Origin: Desulfobacterales bacterium
GTDB lineage: Bacteria; Desulfobacterota; Desulfobacteria; Desulfobacterales; JANQIE01
NCBI GenBank assembly: GCA_028282295.1
Contig: JANQIE010000180.1
Location: 4,854 to 68,853, forward strand
DNA length: 64,000 bases
Reading direction: 5' to 3'
The notes beneath the pieces were generated by a model. The model ran no database searches. It saw only the letters and a list, made by a program, of their open reading frames with translations, and was not told the DNA's origin. Position 1 is the first letter of the stretch. Each line of letters opens with the position of its first letter. The translations under genes and the position numbers were made by a program. Shown one piece after another: positions 55,301 through 64,000 of the stretch.

Positions 55301-56635
55301 GCCTATTTCGAAGATGGTGTCGACGTCCGGATTGAGTTCACAGGCGGCTCTGGCGTGCGCGGAAATTTCGTCGAGCACCAGGTCGGCGCCCAGAACAGCG
55401 CCGATAAAATGGCGGCCCGAGCCGGTGGTGGCGCATCCGGTGATGTTGAAGCAGGTGTGGCGCCGCCGCGCCAGATCATCGATGGCCGCCAGGATGTGGC
55501 GGGTTGCGGTGAGCGGGTCGCCGGCGGTGCGGGTGTAAAAGCCGGCCAGCACCTCGTGCTGCGCATCGAGCAGTACCGCCTTGGTGCTGGTGGAGCCGAT
55601 ATCGACCCCCAAGGTAACCGGACGGGCAACAGGGGTGGACAGCTCGGCATACACATCGACTTCCACCGGGTTGTTTGTGCTGCCGGTCACCTGCGTTCGA
55701 TTGAACAGGTAGCGCTCGCGGCTGGTGAAATCCGGGTATGCACTGAGCTGAAGCGCCAGCGGGGGGTAGGTGTTGCGTGAAGCGGTCCGGGAATTTGTGA
55801 TCAGGTCGGCCGCCCGGCTGATGTTCAGAGGTGCGGTGGTGATCCGGCCGGGATGGGTGCCCAGGGTGACGGCGGCGCCCAGGGCCCCGAACAGATTGGC
55901 ATGGGCCGGGACGCGCAGATCCGCACCGGTGAGAGCCGCGATATGTTCGACCACCCGCCGGTTCAGGGCCACACCGCCGCACAGCACCACCGGCGCCGCA
56001 ATGGGGTCGCCTTGAAACACCGTGTCGACGATATTTCTGGCCAAACCGTGGCACAGGCCGTCGGCAATCTGTTCCAGCCGGTAGCCTTGCTGTTGGGCGT
56101 GGATCAGGTCGGTTTTGGCGAAAACCGCGCAACGCGAGGCGATTTGCGGGCGTTTGCCGGCGTTGCCCGCGGCCAGCACGGCCAGGGCTTCGGCATCGCT
56201 AAGATTCAAACGGCGGGCCTGCTGGTCCAGAAAACTGCCGGTACCGGCGGCACAGGACGTATTGGTGTGGGTGCCGCTATAGCCGCCCTGCGCATCAAAC
56301 CGGATCAGGTAGAATTTTTCGCTGCCCACATATAAAATGGCGCCGGTTTCGGGGTGCAGATGCCTGGCAGCGGCAATGCAGCAGATCTGGTGGTCGTAGC
56401 GGCCGGTGTGTACGATGGTGTTGGGGGTGTCCGAGGTTACGGCCACATGATCGACACGGGTCAGGTCAAAGGCATTCAGCAACCGCCACAATGTTTGCCG
56501 AATATCGCCGTGGTGAAAGTCGTAGGCGGTTTGCGCAATGGCCGGGGTGGTGTCCGACGGGCCGTACTTCAGGGCAACGATACCGATGGCTGCCGAGCCG
56601 ATATCGACGCCCAACACGTGCAAGGGGGCCGGCAT
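52352..56635 (-). CDS. 1427-aa acyl-CoA-dehydratase-activase-related fusion protein (2x BcrAD/BadFG/HgdC ATPase plus 2x DUF2229/HgdB-like)
   Basis: Two ASKHA ATPase units (VLGVDIGSAAIG and TLGVDIGSTSTKAV). Each carries the cluster-ligand pair CAAGTGSF and C(A/T)VF. C-terminal half has CDLCTNHCKL. Start trimmed to ATG 56635, 5 nt after GGAGG. Confidence 0.8.
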   Translation of the reverse strand: MPAPLHVLGVDIGSAAIGIVALKYGPSDTTPAIAQTAYDFHHGDIRQTLWRLLNAFDLTRVDHVAVTSDTPNTIVHTGRYDHQICCIAAARHLHPETGAILYVGSEKFYLIRFDAQGGYSGTHTNTSCAAGTGSFLDQQARRLNLSDAEALAVLAAGNAGKRPQIASRCAVFAKTDLIHAQQQGYRLEQIADGLCHGLARNIVDTVFQGDPIAAPVVLCGGVALNRRVVEHIAALTGADLRVPAHANLFGALGAAVTLGTHPGRITTAPLNISRAADLITNSRTASRNTYPPLALQLSAYPDFTSRERYLFNRTQVTGSTNNPVEVDVYAELSTPVARPVTLGVDIGSTSTKAVLLDAQHEVLAGFYTRTAGDPLTATRHILAAIDDLARRRHTCFNITGCATTGSGRHFIGAVLGADLVLDEISAHARAACELNPDVDTIFEIGGQDAKFTTLKNGMVTSATMNTVCAAGTGSFIEEQARKLGCPLDAFTQRTQGRRAPMTSDRCTVFMERDLNHHLAEGRAVDDVLASVLHAVRENYLLKVATPSRIGNTIFFQGATAKNKALVAAFEQRLKKPILVSRYCHLTGAMGCALLHMDETAHLSTATVTRFRGLGLYRRQIPTRTETCDLCTNHCKLSVADVAGETVAYGFLCGRDYDTRQHAKIKNNAFHLMRARRKLKPAPQPAVPETHSVIVGLPAAGPLLADLDMWQTFFARLGIPTVTSTANTTAVTAGKKLAGAEFCAPMAAMHGHVEALRTKADYIFWPYYLEKKSRIKGQRRQYCYYTQFAPPLAAGMRPTMAAQLLTPVLDYLYTSFFTKIELYRMLRRILPQGPGFFEVAAAYDTAVAAGQTRRQQLQQLFRNRFTTNGADIRIMLLGRPYTVLSPALNHHIPSIFHQKQIDCFYQDMLPYNPEQVTAIRPLLAQMPWDYAVRILEAAYVVAGMPGLYPVLLTSFKCSPDSYLTGYFKQVLEAHNKPYLILELDEHDSSVGYETRIEAAVRAFRNHHTRQDVVTAIDPAPINPDLEPKLSRPNVVLPNWDRLCGKLLEANLRREGFNAVLMTETPTSIQRSMRHNTGQCIPMNAIAQGYIDCIRAHNLDPAQTTLWVGRSEIACNIRLYPHQIKNILRAHGHGLAQAGVYVGALSFTDISLRAARDAYFAYMLGGLLRRVACRLRPCERDAGRVDAAVDATLAEFYDAFLNNTAKEPVLEKMVARFTAMRIRTPYRRPKVALFGDLYTRDNAVMNQNLIRFIEAHGGEVVTTPYTEYAKMIAGPYFRKWFNEGKYLNVFSGKTILATMSPLEKTYYRYFERLLHEPMAVYDDPAEAVLKRYGMRIENTGESMDNVLKVHYIHKHTPDLALFVQVSPALCCPSLVTEAMAARIETLTGVPVVSVTYDGTGGPKNDKIIPYLHYPRKARVHTQTDYHRTG

Positions 56636-56933
56636 ACATACCTCCACTTGTAAAGTTGGTTGAAACCAAAATACACGGTTGTGATTTACGGACGGTGGTG
56701 TGCAGGTCGAGGGACAGGCGGCCAGCAAGAGGATGACCGCTTAACCTTGGTCCCTGCCTATGGGCAATTATCTATCAATCTTGACAGGATGCGTCAAATT
56801 ATTTGGTTCCGGCGTGTTAATCAAACAATAATATTGAACATATACTGGTGGTGTGTTGTAATTTTGACTTATGACCATTTCAGGATGCGATGCGAATTTA
56901 AAGAACCGATTGAAGAAGGTGGACAAGACAGCC

Positions 56934-57197
56934 ATGAAGTCATTCGAAGCACTGTTTAGTGAACTGAAACAAAAGGCGGCGGAGCGACCGGCCGGTTCGA
57001 ACACGGCCCGTTTGTTGGCCGCCGGCAAGCATGCCATCGGCAAGAAAATCATCGAGGAAGCCGGAGAGGTTTGGATGGCGGCGGAGTATGAAGGCAAGGC
57101 CAAAACCGCCGAGGAGATCAGTCAACTGCTGTATCATCTGCAGGTCATGATGGTCGCCTGCGAGCTGGAACCGGAAGATATTTACAAGTACTTGTAG
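56934..57197 (+). CDS. hisE: phosphoribosyl-ATP pyrophosphatase
   Basis: [28 protein letters not shown]...[10 protein letters not shown]...[14 protein letters not shown] is typical of HisE. Start trimmed to ATG 56934. Confidence 0.85.
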   Translation: MKSFEALFSELKQKAAERPAGSNTARLLAAGKHAIGKKIIEEAGEVWMAAEYEGKAKTAEEISQLLYHLQVMMVACELEPEDIYKYL

Positions 57198-57269
57198 CCG
57201 CACGTTCCCGCAGCGGAACGCGGGGTGTCACGGTGACTCTGGTTTTTTGAAGGGATTGTTGGAAAGGCA

Positions 57270-58127
57270 ATGGACATGTTGCAGATAGCGTTACCAAACA
57301 AGGGGACCTTGTCGGAGGAGACGGTGCGCCTGATCAGGGAGGCCGGGTACCAGTGCCGTCGCTATAGTCGCGAGCTGGTGGTGCGCGACAAGGATGCCGG
57401 CATCGAGTTTGTTTTTTTGCGCCCGCGTGATATAGCGATTTACGTCAGCAGTGGTGTCATCGATTTGGGCATCACGGGACGGGATCTGGCCGTCGACAGT
57501 AAGTCGGTTTATGAAGAATTGTTGGCTTTGCGTTTCGGCCGTTCGGCGTTTTATTACGCGGTGCCCCGGGAAAAGGAGTTGACGGTGGATGATCTGGACG
57601 GCCTGCGGATCGCCACCTCGTATCCGAACCTTGTGCGCGCCGATATCGCGGCGCGGGGCTGCAACGCCACGGTGGTCAAACTCGACGGCGCAGTCGAAAT
57701 TTCGATTCGGCTTGGTGTGGCCGATGTCATCGCCGATGTGGTGGAATCGGGCCGCACCATGACCGAGGCCGGTCTCAAACCGGTCGGTGAGCCGTTACTG
57801 CGATCCGAGGCCATCGCCATCGCCCAAAACAAGGCGGTTCTGGCGCATGAAACGGCCGAGATGTTCATCCGGCGGCTGAAGGGAATTGTTGTCGCCCGGG
57901 AATATGTGATGGTGGAATACGACGCCCCCGAACATCTCATCGAGATGGCCTGTGTCGTGACACCGGGTATCGAAGCGCCCACAATCTCGCCGCTGAGCCG
58001 CAAGGGGTGGGTGGCGATCAAGTCGATGGTCAGGAAGGTCGAGTTGAACGCGATCATGGATAAATTGGCGGCCCTGGGCGCCAAAGGGATTATCGTTACG
58101 GATATTCGGACATGCCGCATCAATTAG
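57270..58127 (+). CDS. hisG: ATP phosphoribosyltransferase (long form)
   Basis: MLQIALPNKGTLSEE..., DLGITGRD, and a C-terminal regulatory domain. The start may be ATG 57276, which has better SD spacing. Confidence 0.9.
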   Translation: MDMLQIALPNKGTLSEETVRLIREAGYQCRRYSRELVVRDKDAGIEFVFLRPRDIAIYVSSGVIDLGITGRDLAVDSKSVYEELLALRFGRSAFYYAVPREKELTVDDLDGLRIATSYPNLVRADIAARGCNATVVKLDGAVEISIRLGVADVIADVVESGRTMTEAGLKPVGEPLLRSEAIAIAQNKAVLAHETAEMFIRRLKGIVVAREYVMVEYDAPEHLIEMACVVTPGIEAPTISPLSRKGWVAIKSMVRKVELNAIMDKLAALGAKGIIVTDIRTCRIN

Positions 58128-58201
58128 TGCCCGGACGGCACTATCCGCGTTCACGCGATCTGCTGCGTTGAGCGGCAGGTTTGACTTTGGAAAGGAGACG
58201 C

Positions 58202-58726
58202 ATGACGTTGAAAAATGAACCGCGTACCGTGGCCGAGTGGTTTGAGGAAGGGGTGCGCTGTTTTCATAAACCTGATGGCGTGCGTGCCCTGGCCGCTTTT
58301 AACAAGGTAACCGACCACGATCCGGCCTATCGCCACACCGACGGTGACAATCCCTATTTTTACGTGGGCAAGATCCATGAGGTGGAGGATCGCCTTGAAC
58401 AGGCCGTGGTTTACTACACGCGGGCTCTGGCTCTGGATGCGGCGGATGAGGAGAGCCTGATCGGCCGGGGGAGTTGCTACACGGTTTTAAAGGAACACGA
58501 ACTGGCCATCGAGGATTTTATGGCGGTATTGCAATTGCCCGCCAAGATCCGCAAAGTGCCCGTGTCCCATCTGTGTTATGCCATTGCCGAAAATTATCGT
58601 AAGAGTCACGATTTTGCCCAGGCATTGCAGTGGGGGCAAAAGGCCCTGCATCATGACCCGGCCAACACCCGCCACCAGCAGTTGGTGCGGCAGATGCAAG
58701 CCCGATTGGGGCAAAAGCCGAGCTGA
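58202..58726 (+). CDS. tetratricopeptide-repeat protein
   Basis: TPR-like helices (AVVYYTRALALDAADEESLIGRGSCY..., FAQALQWGQKALHHDPAN). ATG 58202 follows AAGGAGA. Confidence 0.7.
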   Translation: MTLKNEPRTVAEWFEEGVRCFHKPDGVRALAAFNKVTDHDPAYRHTDGDNPYFYVGKIHEVEDRLEQAVVYYTRALALDAADEESLIGRGSCYTVLKEHELAIEDFMAVLQLPAKIRKVPVSHLCYAIAENYRKSHDFAQALQWGQKALHHDPANTRHQQLVRQMQARLGQKPS

Positions 58727-58770
58727 GCTGCGTTCTGGCCGCCACGGTTTATCTATCAGATCATGAACTT

Positions 58771-61230
58771 CTAAAAATCGGCAAATTCGTCGTCATCCAG
58801 CGGAATTACCTGTTCGGGCCGGGCTGCGCTGCTCAGCTTGCGTTTTGCGGGCGACGGCTCCGGCCCGGCAAGAGGCCGGGGATGCGCGTCCGCCAACGGT
58901 GGCTTGGCCCCCTGGCCCTTGCCGTTGCGGGTTTTACTGCCACCGACAATCGCGGTCAAATCGCCAATGATGGTTTCCATTTGATCTGCCTGGGCGGTCA
59001 GCTCGGTCGAGGCACTGGCCGACTCCTCGGCATTGGCGGCATTTTGCTGGACCACTTTTTCCATTTCCGCCACGGCACGGTTGACTTCGTCGATGCGTTG
59101 CGCCTGGTCCTGGGATGCGGCGGTGATTTCACCGATCAGGGCCGCGGTTTTGGTGGCGCTCTGCGCAACGGACGCAAAGGTCCCGTTGGTGGTTTCCATG
59201 AGGTGGGCGCCATCCTGAATTTTAAGGGTCGTGCTGTTGATCAGCTCCGATGTGTTGCCGGCGGCTTGCGCCGCCCGCATGGCCAGATTGCGAACTTCAT
59301 CCGCGACCACGGCAAAACCGGCCCCGGCCTCCCCGGCCCGCGCCGCCTCAACAGCGGCGTTGAGCGCCAGCAGATTGGTTTGAAAGGCGATTTCATCGAT
59401 TTCCTTGATTATTTTGGAGGTCTCGTTGCTGGCGGCGGCAATTTCATTCATGGACGCACTCAGTTGTCCGAAGGCGCTGTCGGCTTTGGTCAGCGCCTGA
59501 TTGGTGGTCTGCATCAGGTTGTCGGCTTCCTGGGCGTTGTCGGCGCTTTGCTTGGTCATGGCGGCCATTTCTTCCAGAGACGAGGAGGTCTCCTCGATCG
59601 ATGCCGCTTGTTCGGAGGCGCCTTCGGCCAGTGACTGGCCCGCACCGGCCAGTTGGTTCGACGCCGAGGCCACCTGTTCGGCCCCGCTGTTCAATTGCTG
59701 TGAAATCTTTTTCAGCAGGCGCGTGATCCCCCGGGTAATGAAAAATGAAAAGGTGATGCCCAGCACGATGGCAATAGCAGCCGTGGCGAGGATCCCTGCA
59801 CGCGTTTGCCGGCTTCGGGAAGTGAGAATCTGTTTTTGGGAATTCGCCTGGTCTTCGGCAATATCGCGAATTTTGCCGAAGAGCTGCTGCACCTCTTGAA
59901 TTGCGGGCACGGTTTTGGAAATGTAGACGCGATTGGCCTGCTTTTCGGCTTGATGAAATTCTTGTTCGATTTTGACCAACGTGTCGAAATGGGTTTTGAT
60001 TTCTGCCAGAAGGGGTTTGGTTTGGTTCTGGTAGATTTTCACGGCGCCGCGCACGTCATATTGGTTGATCCGGTTTTCAATCTCGGCAGCGGACTCATGC
60101 AGACGGCGGTGCGGCGTGTGCAACGCCTCCAGGGCGGCTTTGAATCCGGGAACGGTTTGGGTCAGTTGTTTGGTTTTAGGATCATCAAGAAACTTGCCGA
60201 GTTTACATTGGGCCGGGTCGAGTTCAACACCCAACGAGAATTTGATGTTGTTCGCAAAATCTTTGGCGCGCTTTAACAGCACCGGATCGGTATGGTCCGG
60301 ATAAACGCCGGTGCCGATGACCCACCCCCAGGGTTCATAGAGCTTGACGTAGCTTAATTTCGGCAGGATCTGCTCGGTTCCCGGCAAGGGCCAGGTATAG
60401 GTGACAAAGCCTTGGGAGGCGGTGCGGCAAAGGTCGATCATCACCTGAATGAACTTTTTCCCATTCGAATCCTCAAGACCGGAAATATCCCGGCCTTCCA
60501 GTGCCGGTTTGATGGGATGCATGAGCATGACGGCGTCCATGCTGTTGATCCAGAAGTAGTCTTCGCCGGTGCCGCCATAGCGCAATTGCCGGATCATCTT
60601 CATGGCTGTTTGTTGGCGGCGGGTGCGATCGCCCAGGGCGGTATTCTGGTCCACCGCCTTTATGATACTCACCGCCTGGTTTACAACGGTTTGAAGTTGG
60701 GACTGGTAGGTCTGAAGGCCGCCGGCTTCACCGGCCAGGCGTTCGCCGATGCGCGCAACCCAGTTCACATGGTCGGTCAGCCGGTTGTTTAACGTCAGAA
60801 TCAGGTCGCCGTGGCTCTGGCGGAAGGTATTGCCGATGTCGGTGGCTGAGCTGTGCAGGGCATAATGCGCCTTCTCAATCTGTTTGAGGTGGGGTGCGAT
60901 GGCCGGGATCATTGCTTCGGCTTTTTTACGCTCATCCCCGTACAGCCACCGGCCGAACGCACACTTGTGATCGTCCGTCTCCACGTTGAGTTGAGTGACG
61001 TGTTCATCGATCAACAGGGCGTTGACTTTGGCGACCCAGTTGAGATGATCGATCTCCTTTTCCGCCATGGTTTGGTTCATTACGTTGAAATAGGATGTCA
61101 GGCGGGTGTTTGCCAATATGCGGTCTATCCCGCTGTGGGCGATATAACCTACCAGGAGCAGCAGTGTTAGAACTGTTCCGAATCCAATAGTGATTTTTTT
61201 ACCGATTGACAGTTTTCGCCAGCGTTGCAT
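58771..61230 (-). CDS. methyl-accepting chemotaxis protein with large extracytoplasmic sensor (CZB-like plus Cache), HAMP and MA domains
   Basis: Two TM segments (residues ~14-34 and ~480-505). Cache-like [15 protein letters not shown]...YTWPLPG. Signalling hairpin [38 protein letters not shown]. Confidence 0.9.
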   Translation of the reverse strand: MQRWRKLSIGKKITIGFGTVLTLLLLVGYIAHSGIDRILANTRLTSYFNVMNQTMAEKEIDHLNWVAKVNALLIDEHVTQLNVETDDHKCAFGRWLYGDERKKAEAMIPAIAPHLKQIEKAHYALHSSATDIGNTFRQSHGDLILTLNNRLTDHVNWVARIGERLAGEAGGLQTYQSQLQTVVNQAVSIIKAVDQNTALGDRTRRQQTAMKMIRQLRYGGTGEDYFWINSMDAVMLMHPIKPALEGRDISGLEDSNGKKFIQVMIDLCRTASQGFVTYTWPLPGTEQILPKLSYVKLYEPWGWVIGTGVYPDHTDPVLLKRAKDFANNIKFSLGVELDPAQCKLGKFLDDPKTKQLTQTVPGFKAALEALHTPHRRLHESAAEIENRINQYDVRGAVKIYQNQTKPLLAEIKTHFDTLVKIEQEFHQAEKQANRVYISKTVPAIQEVQQLFGKIRDIAEDQANSQKQILTSRSRQTRAGILATAAIAIVLGITFSFFITRGITRLLKKISQQLNSGAEQVASASNQLAGAGQSLAEGASEQAASIEETSSSLEEMAAMTKQSADNAQEADNLMQTTNQALTKADSAFGQLSASMNEIAAASNETSKIIKEIDEIAFQTNLLALNAAVEAARAGEAGAGFAVVADEVRNLAMRAAQAAGNTSELINSTTLKIQDGAHLMETTNGTFASVAQSATKTAALIGEITAASQDQAQRIDEVNRAVAEMEKVVQQNAANAEESASASTELTAQADQMETIIGDLTAIVGGSKTRNGKGQGAKPPLADAHPRPLAGPEPSPAKRKLSSAARPEQVIPLDDDEFADF

Positions 61231-61477
61231 TTTTCCTCCCTAAAGCCGTTTATTTGAACACGGTGGCTAACCCGATATGATTGTGATCGTCACTACAGAA
61301 GAGTCATCGGAAAACAGCATGTAAAACTTGAGCAAAAACGGGCTGGGTAGCGGTTTAGCCCTATTTGGCGGGTGTTCTTGTATGCTGGTGGTCAAAGGCG
61401 AGCCTTTCCGGATGGATACCAGGTTGCCTTTCCCGTTGGTGTATCAGCGTCGAGGTCGTTCGTAAGGGCGGGCGTGG

Positions 61478-61753
61478 TTAGTCTTGCTCACAGGTGTATG
61501 GATAAAAATGGTGATAGCAATAGCCGCCCGGGTCGGAATACAGCACTTCGGTATCGGCCATCAGGGTGCCGACCATTTGTTTGGATACGGTTTCATAATC
61601 GGGGCGCCGTTCTTCTTCCTGTTTGCAGCTCAGGCAAATGGGGGCGTGGTCATAGACGGACAAGATGCGTTGCGCGTTCGGCGGCAAGCCGGATTCGCAG
61701 CGACTGCAGCGGATCGCACAGGCGAGTTTTTTTTCCCAGGTGTCTTGCTTCAT
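61478..61753 (-). CDS. Cys-rich small protein (putative zinc ribbon), unknown function
   Basis: CAIRCSRCES...ICLSCKQ cysteine pairs. ATG 61753 follows GGGAGGT. Confidence 0.5.
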   Translation of the reverse strand: MKQDTWEKKLACAIRCSRCESGLPPNAQRILSVYDHAPICLSCKQEEERRPDYETVSKQMVGTLMADTEVLYSDPGGYCYHHFYPYTCEQD

Positions 61754-61859
61754 GGGTAACCTCCCAACGATTGTGCGCGGCAAGGGTGCCCTGCACTAAC
61801 TTGACTTGCCGCGCTGAATCTGTATTATTGGCGTCATTACAATGTGAGGTGAAATAGTC

Positions 61860-62069
61860 ATGCCGATTTTTGAGTTTATGTGTGCAAAATGTAATTGCCA
61901 ATTTGAAAAACTGGTGTTTGCCGACGACGACGTAACCATCGAATGTCCCACCTGCTGCGGACAGGACGTGAAAAAACTGATGTCGGCCGGGACCTTCAGA
62001 CCCAACGGTATTCCCACCGGCGCCGGTGGTTTCACGCCCCCCAAATGTAAACCCTCCGGCGGCGGTTGA
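61860..62069 (+). CDS. FmdB-family zinc-ribbon protein
   Basis: MPIFEFMCAKCNCQFEKLV...IECPTCCG is typical of the FmdB/CxxC-x-CxxC regulatory family. SD GAGGTG. Confidence 0.8.
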   Translation: MPIFEFMCAKCNCQFEKLVFADDDVTIECPTCCGQDVKKLMSAGTFRPNGIPTGAGGFTPPKCKPSGGG

Positions 62070-62235
62070 GCCATTTAACGCGTCTGTTCTTCGGTGAAGA
62101 ACAACAAACTGAAAACAAAAATCGGGATGAGCGTTGATGGATCGTGTTTGACCCGTGCGTCGCAGGTCGGCAATCCACACCCGTGATTCCCAAAACGATA
62201 CCATACCATAATTCTTATTTCCCACTTCTCAATTC

Positions 62236-62844
62236 TTAATGGTCCTGTTCGCCATAGCCCACCGGCATAATCAGCAGCGGTTCGTGAACGGGCGGCGCGT
62301 GAATGATCTCACCGATCCGGCGATCATGGAACGCGCCGACGATACCGGCTTTCAACCCCAACGCTTCGGCTTGCAGGAATATATTCTGACTGACGTTGCC
62401 GGATTCCATGTGGGCGTAGCGGTAGCCGCGGTCGCCGTACTTGCCGGTGATGCGCGCATACTCGGCTGTGATGACAATACTGAGCGGCGCACCGGCCATC
62501 CACGTTTGATGCAGTGATGCCTCGGCCAGCGGTTGGCGAAAGTCGCCCGGTGCGATTAAGCGCAATTCATGTGCCTGGGGTTCGTAGTGATAACTACCGG
62601 GGCGAAGGTCCGGTAGGTGGTCGGTGCCCCAGACCAAATAGATATCGAGCGGATAAAGCGCACCGGCTGAGGGAATGGTGCGTTTGAATCCGCCGGGAGC
62701 GGATACCCCGTGGGCGGCCCAGAGCAGTTGGGCACACTGCGCCAAGGACGGCGGCTGCGGGCGAAAGCGTCTTGTTGTGCGGCGTTGGGCGAGCGCATGG
62801 GTTAGCGATGTCCGGTCATCAATTTGAGGGGCGGGCAGTTTCAT
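62236..62844 (-). CDS. SagB-type / nitroreductase-family dehydrogenase
   Basis: RRTTRRF, PSAGALYPLDIYLV and ESGNVSQNIFLQAEALGL motifs of the nitroreductase fold. Confidence 0.75.
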   Translation of the reverse strand: MKLPAPQIDDRTSLTHALAQRRTTRRFRPQPPSLAQCAQLLWAAHGVSAPGGFKRTIPSAGALYPLDIYLVWGTDHLPDLRPGSYHYEPQAHELRLIAPGDFRQPLAEASLHQTWMAGAPLSIVITAEYARITGKYGDRGYRYAHMESGNVSQNIFLQAEALGLKAGIVGAFHDRRIGEIIHAPPVHEPLLIMPVGYGEQDH

Positions 62845-62979
62845 GATTTCCTCCTTATTGTTCTCTCCAGATTATGCGATTGCCGTGATGCCGGTTGGCA
62901 GGTTTTTGACATGCCCCGGTACCGATGTTATGACCAGGACTTGCGTAGCATGTCAAAAAAAAACGGCGGGTATTAGAGA

Positions 62980-63084
62980 GTGCCCATCCGGAAATGGTAG
63001 ATTTTGGTTCCTGGCAAGGCCCGAGGATTTTAAAAATGCGAGAACGCCGTCGGGGGCCAAAAGATGCCATTTCCGGATGGGCAC
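62980..63084. mobile_element. MITE family A, internally deleted copy (105 bp)
   Basis: GTGCCCATCCGGAAATGGTAG ... GCCATTTCCGGATGGGCAC, lacking ~38 nt of the central palindrome. Ends 18 nt before the gltX ATG. Confidence 0.8.
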
Positions 63085-63102
63085 CAGAGAGGGAAAATGG
63101 TC

Positions 63103-64000
63103 ATGGCCGATAAAATTGTCGTCAGGTTTGCGCCAAGTCCGTCCGGTTATCTGCACATTGGCGGTGCTCGGACCGCTATTTTCAACTGGTTGTTTGCGCG
63201 GCAGAACAACGGCACCTTTATTTTGCGTATCGAGGATACTGATGCCGAGCGGAGCAGCGAAGCGTCGATTCAGGGGATTATCGACGGATTGCAATGGTTG
63301 AACCTGAATTGGGACCAAGGGCCCTATTTCCAGAGCCGCTTTGTCGACCGGCATCTGGCCGCCGCCCGGCAAATGGTGGCAACCGGGCAGGCGTATCCGT
63401 GTTTTTGCAGCAAGGCGGAATTGGACCGCAAACGCCAGGCGGCCCGCAACGCCAAAGCCACCTACCGCTATGACGGCACCTGCCGCGCATTGCCCCCTGA
63501 TGAGGCGGCGGCCAAACAGGCGGCCGGTGTTGCGCGCACCATTCGACTTAAAATTCCCCGTGGCGGCGGAGCGGTGCAATTTGAAGACCGGGTTTGTGGC
63601 CGGGTGGTAAAACGCCATGCCGATCTGGAAGATTTTGTGATTGTGCGGTCCAACGGCAAACCGTTGTATGTATTGTCCAACGCGGTGGACGATATTCGCG
63701 ATCAGGTCACACATGTCATTCGGGGCCAGGACGGTTTGGCCAATACCCCCAAACAGATTCTGATTTATCAGGCGTTGGGCGCGCCATTGCCGGTGTTCGC
63801 GCATATGTCGCTGACCCTTGATCCCCAAAAAGCCAAGATATCGAAACGGCGACACGGTGAGCAGGTGGCGATTCACTATTATCGGCAGCACGGCTTTTTG
63901 CCCTGGGCCATGGTCAATTTCCTGGTGTTGCTCGGTTGGGCCACGTCCGATAACCGGGAGATTTTTACACCGGCCGAATTGACCGCGGTCTTTTCCTTGA
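63103..64000 (+). CDS. gltX: glutamate--tRNA ligase, N-terminal part (runs off the right edge)
   Basis: MADKIVVRFAPSPSGYLHIGGARTAIFNWLFAR (HIGH motif), ILRIEDTD, and a KISKR (KMSKS-type) motif near 63838. Not in the ORF track, presumably because it has no in-window stop. Confidence 0.9.
   Translation, partial: MADKIVVRFAPSPSGYLHIGGARTAIFNWLFARQNNGTFILRIEDTDAERSSEASIQGIIDGLQWLNLNWDQGPYFQSRFVDRHLAAARQMVATGQAYPCFCSKAELDRKRQAARNAKATYRYDGTCRALPPDEAAAKQAAGVARTIRLKIPRGGGAVQFEDRVCGRVVKRHADLEDFVIVRSNGKPLYVLSNAVDDIRDQVTHVIRGQDGLANTPKQILIYQALGAPLPVFAHMSLTLDPQKAKISKRRHGEQVAIHYYRQHGFLPWAMVNFLVLLGWATSDNREIFTPAELTAVFSL

Noticed and set aside
1-64000. tRNA, rRNA, tmRNA, RNase P RNA, riboswitches, transposases, integrases, cas genes, prophage genes
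   Set aside because: None recognised on either strand. An absence established only by eye should be confirmed with tRNAscan-SE, Infernal/Rfam and HMM searches.

Overview
64-kb chromosomal window. Gene content suggests a Desulfobacterota (sulfate-reducer-like deltaproteobacterium); that is an inference, and GC was not computed. About 50 protein genes fall into six modules.
(1) PHA-granule locus, 6.8-11.8 kb: phaR, three tandem phasin-like genes, phaC and two coiled-coil genes.
(2) prkA-yeaH-spoVR plus a second PrkA-like gene behind a perfect sigma54 promoter, 15.4-23.2 kb.
(3) adc-bdhA-patatin trio, 26.7-29.4 kb.
(4) A 14-kb respiratory supercluster, 32.1-46.0 kb, joining Alternative Complex III (actB, then actC-D-F-A) to a cbb3-type oxidase (ccoN, ccoO/P fusion, ccoS-like, actE-like cytochrome, ccoI).
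(5) An accessory stretch, 46.3-56.6 kb: a cas-less type I-E-like CRISPR array (11 repeats, 10 spacers), wrbA, PIN-PhoH2, an RR-repeat mini-protein, a WYL regulator and a 1427-aa double-activase fusion protein.
(6) Housekeeping and signalling genes: IMPase, ROK kinase, uup, hisE, hisG, gltX, RR-HD-GYP, a hybrid histidine kinase and an MCP.
The non-coding DNA is unusually busy. A ~143-bp MITE-like element with GTGCCCATCCGGAAATAG termini occurs at least 11 times (full, deleted, solo-end and tandem copies), and there are several other dispersed hairpin or repeat families.
The strongest candidate for something undescribed is a self-contained ~65-nt unit at 4287-4379: perfect sigma54 promoter, CCUCC-rich body and intrinsic terminator. 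It looks like a sigma54-dependent anti-Shine-Dalgarno small RNA.
No rRNA or tRNA genes were recognised. All calls rest on motifs read by eye; no database search was run.
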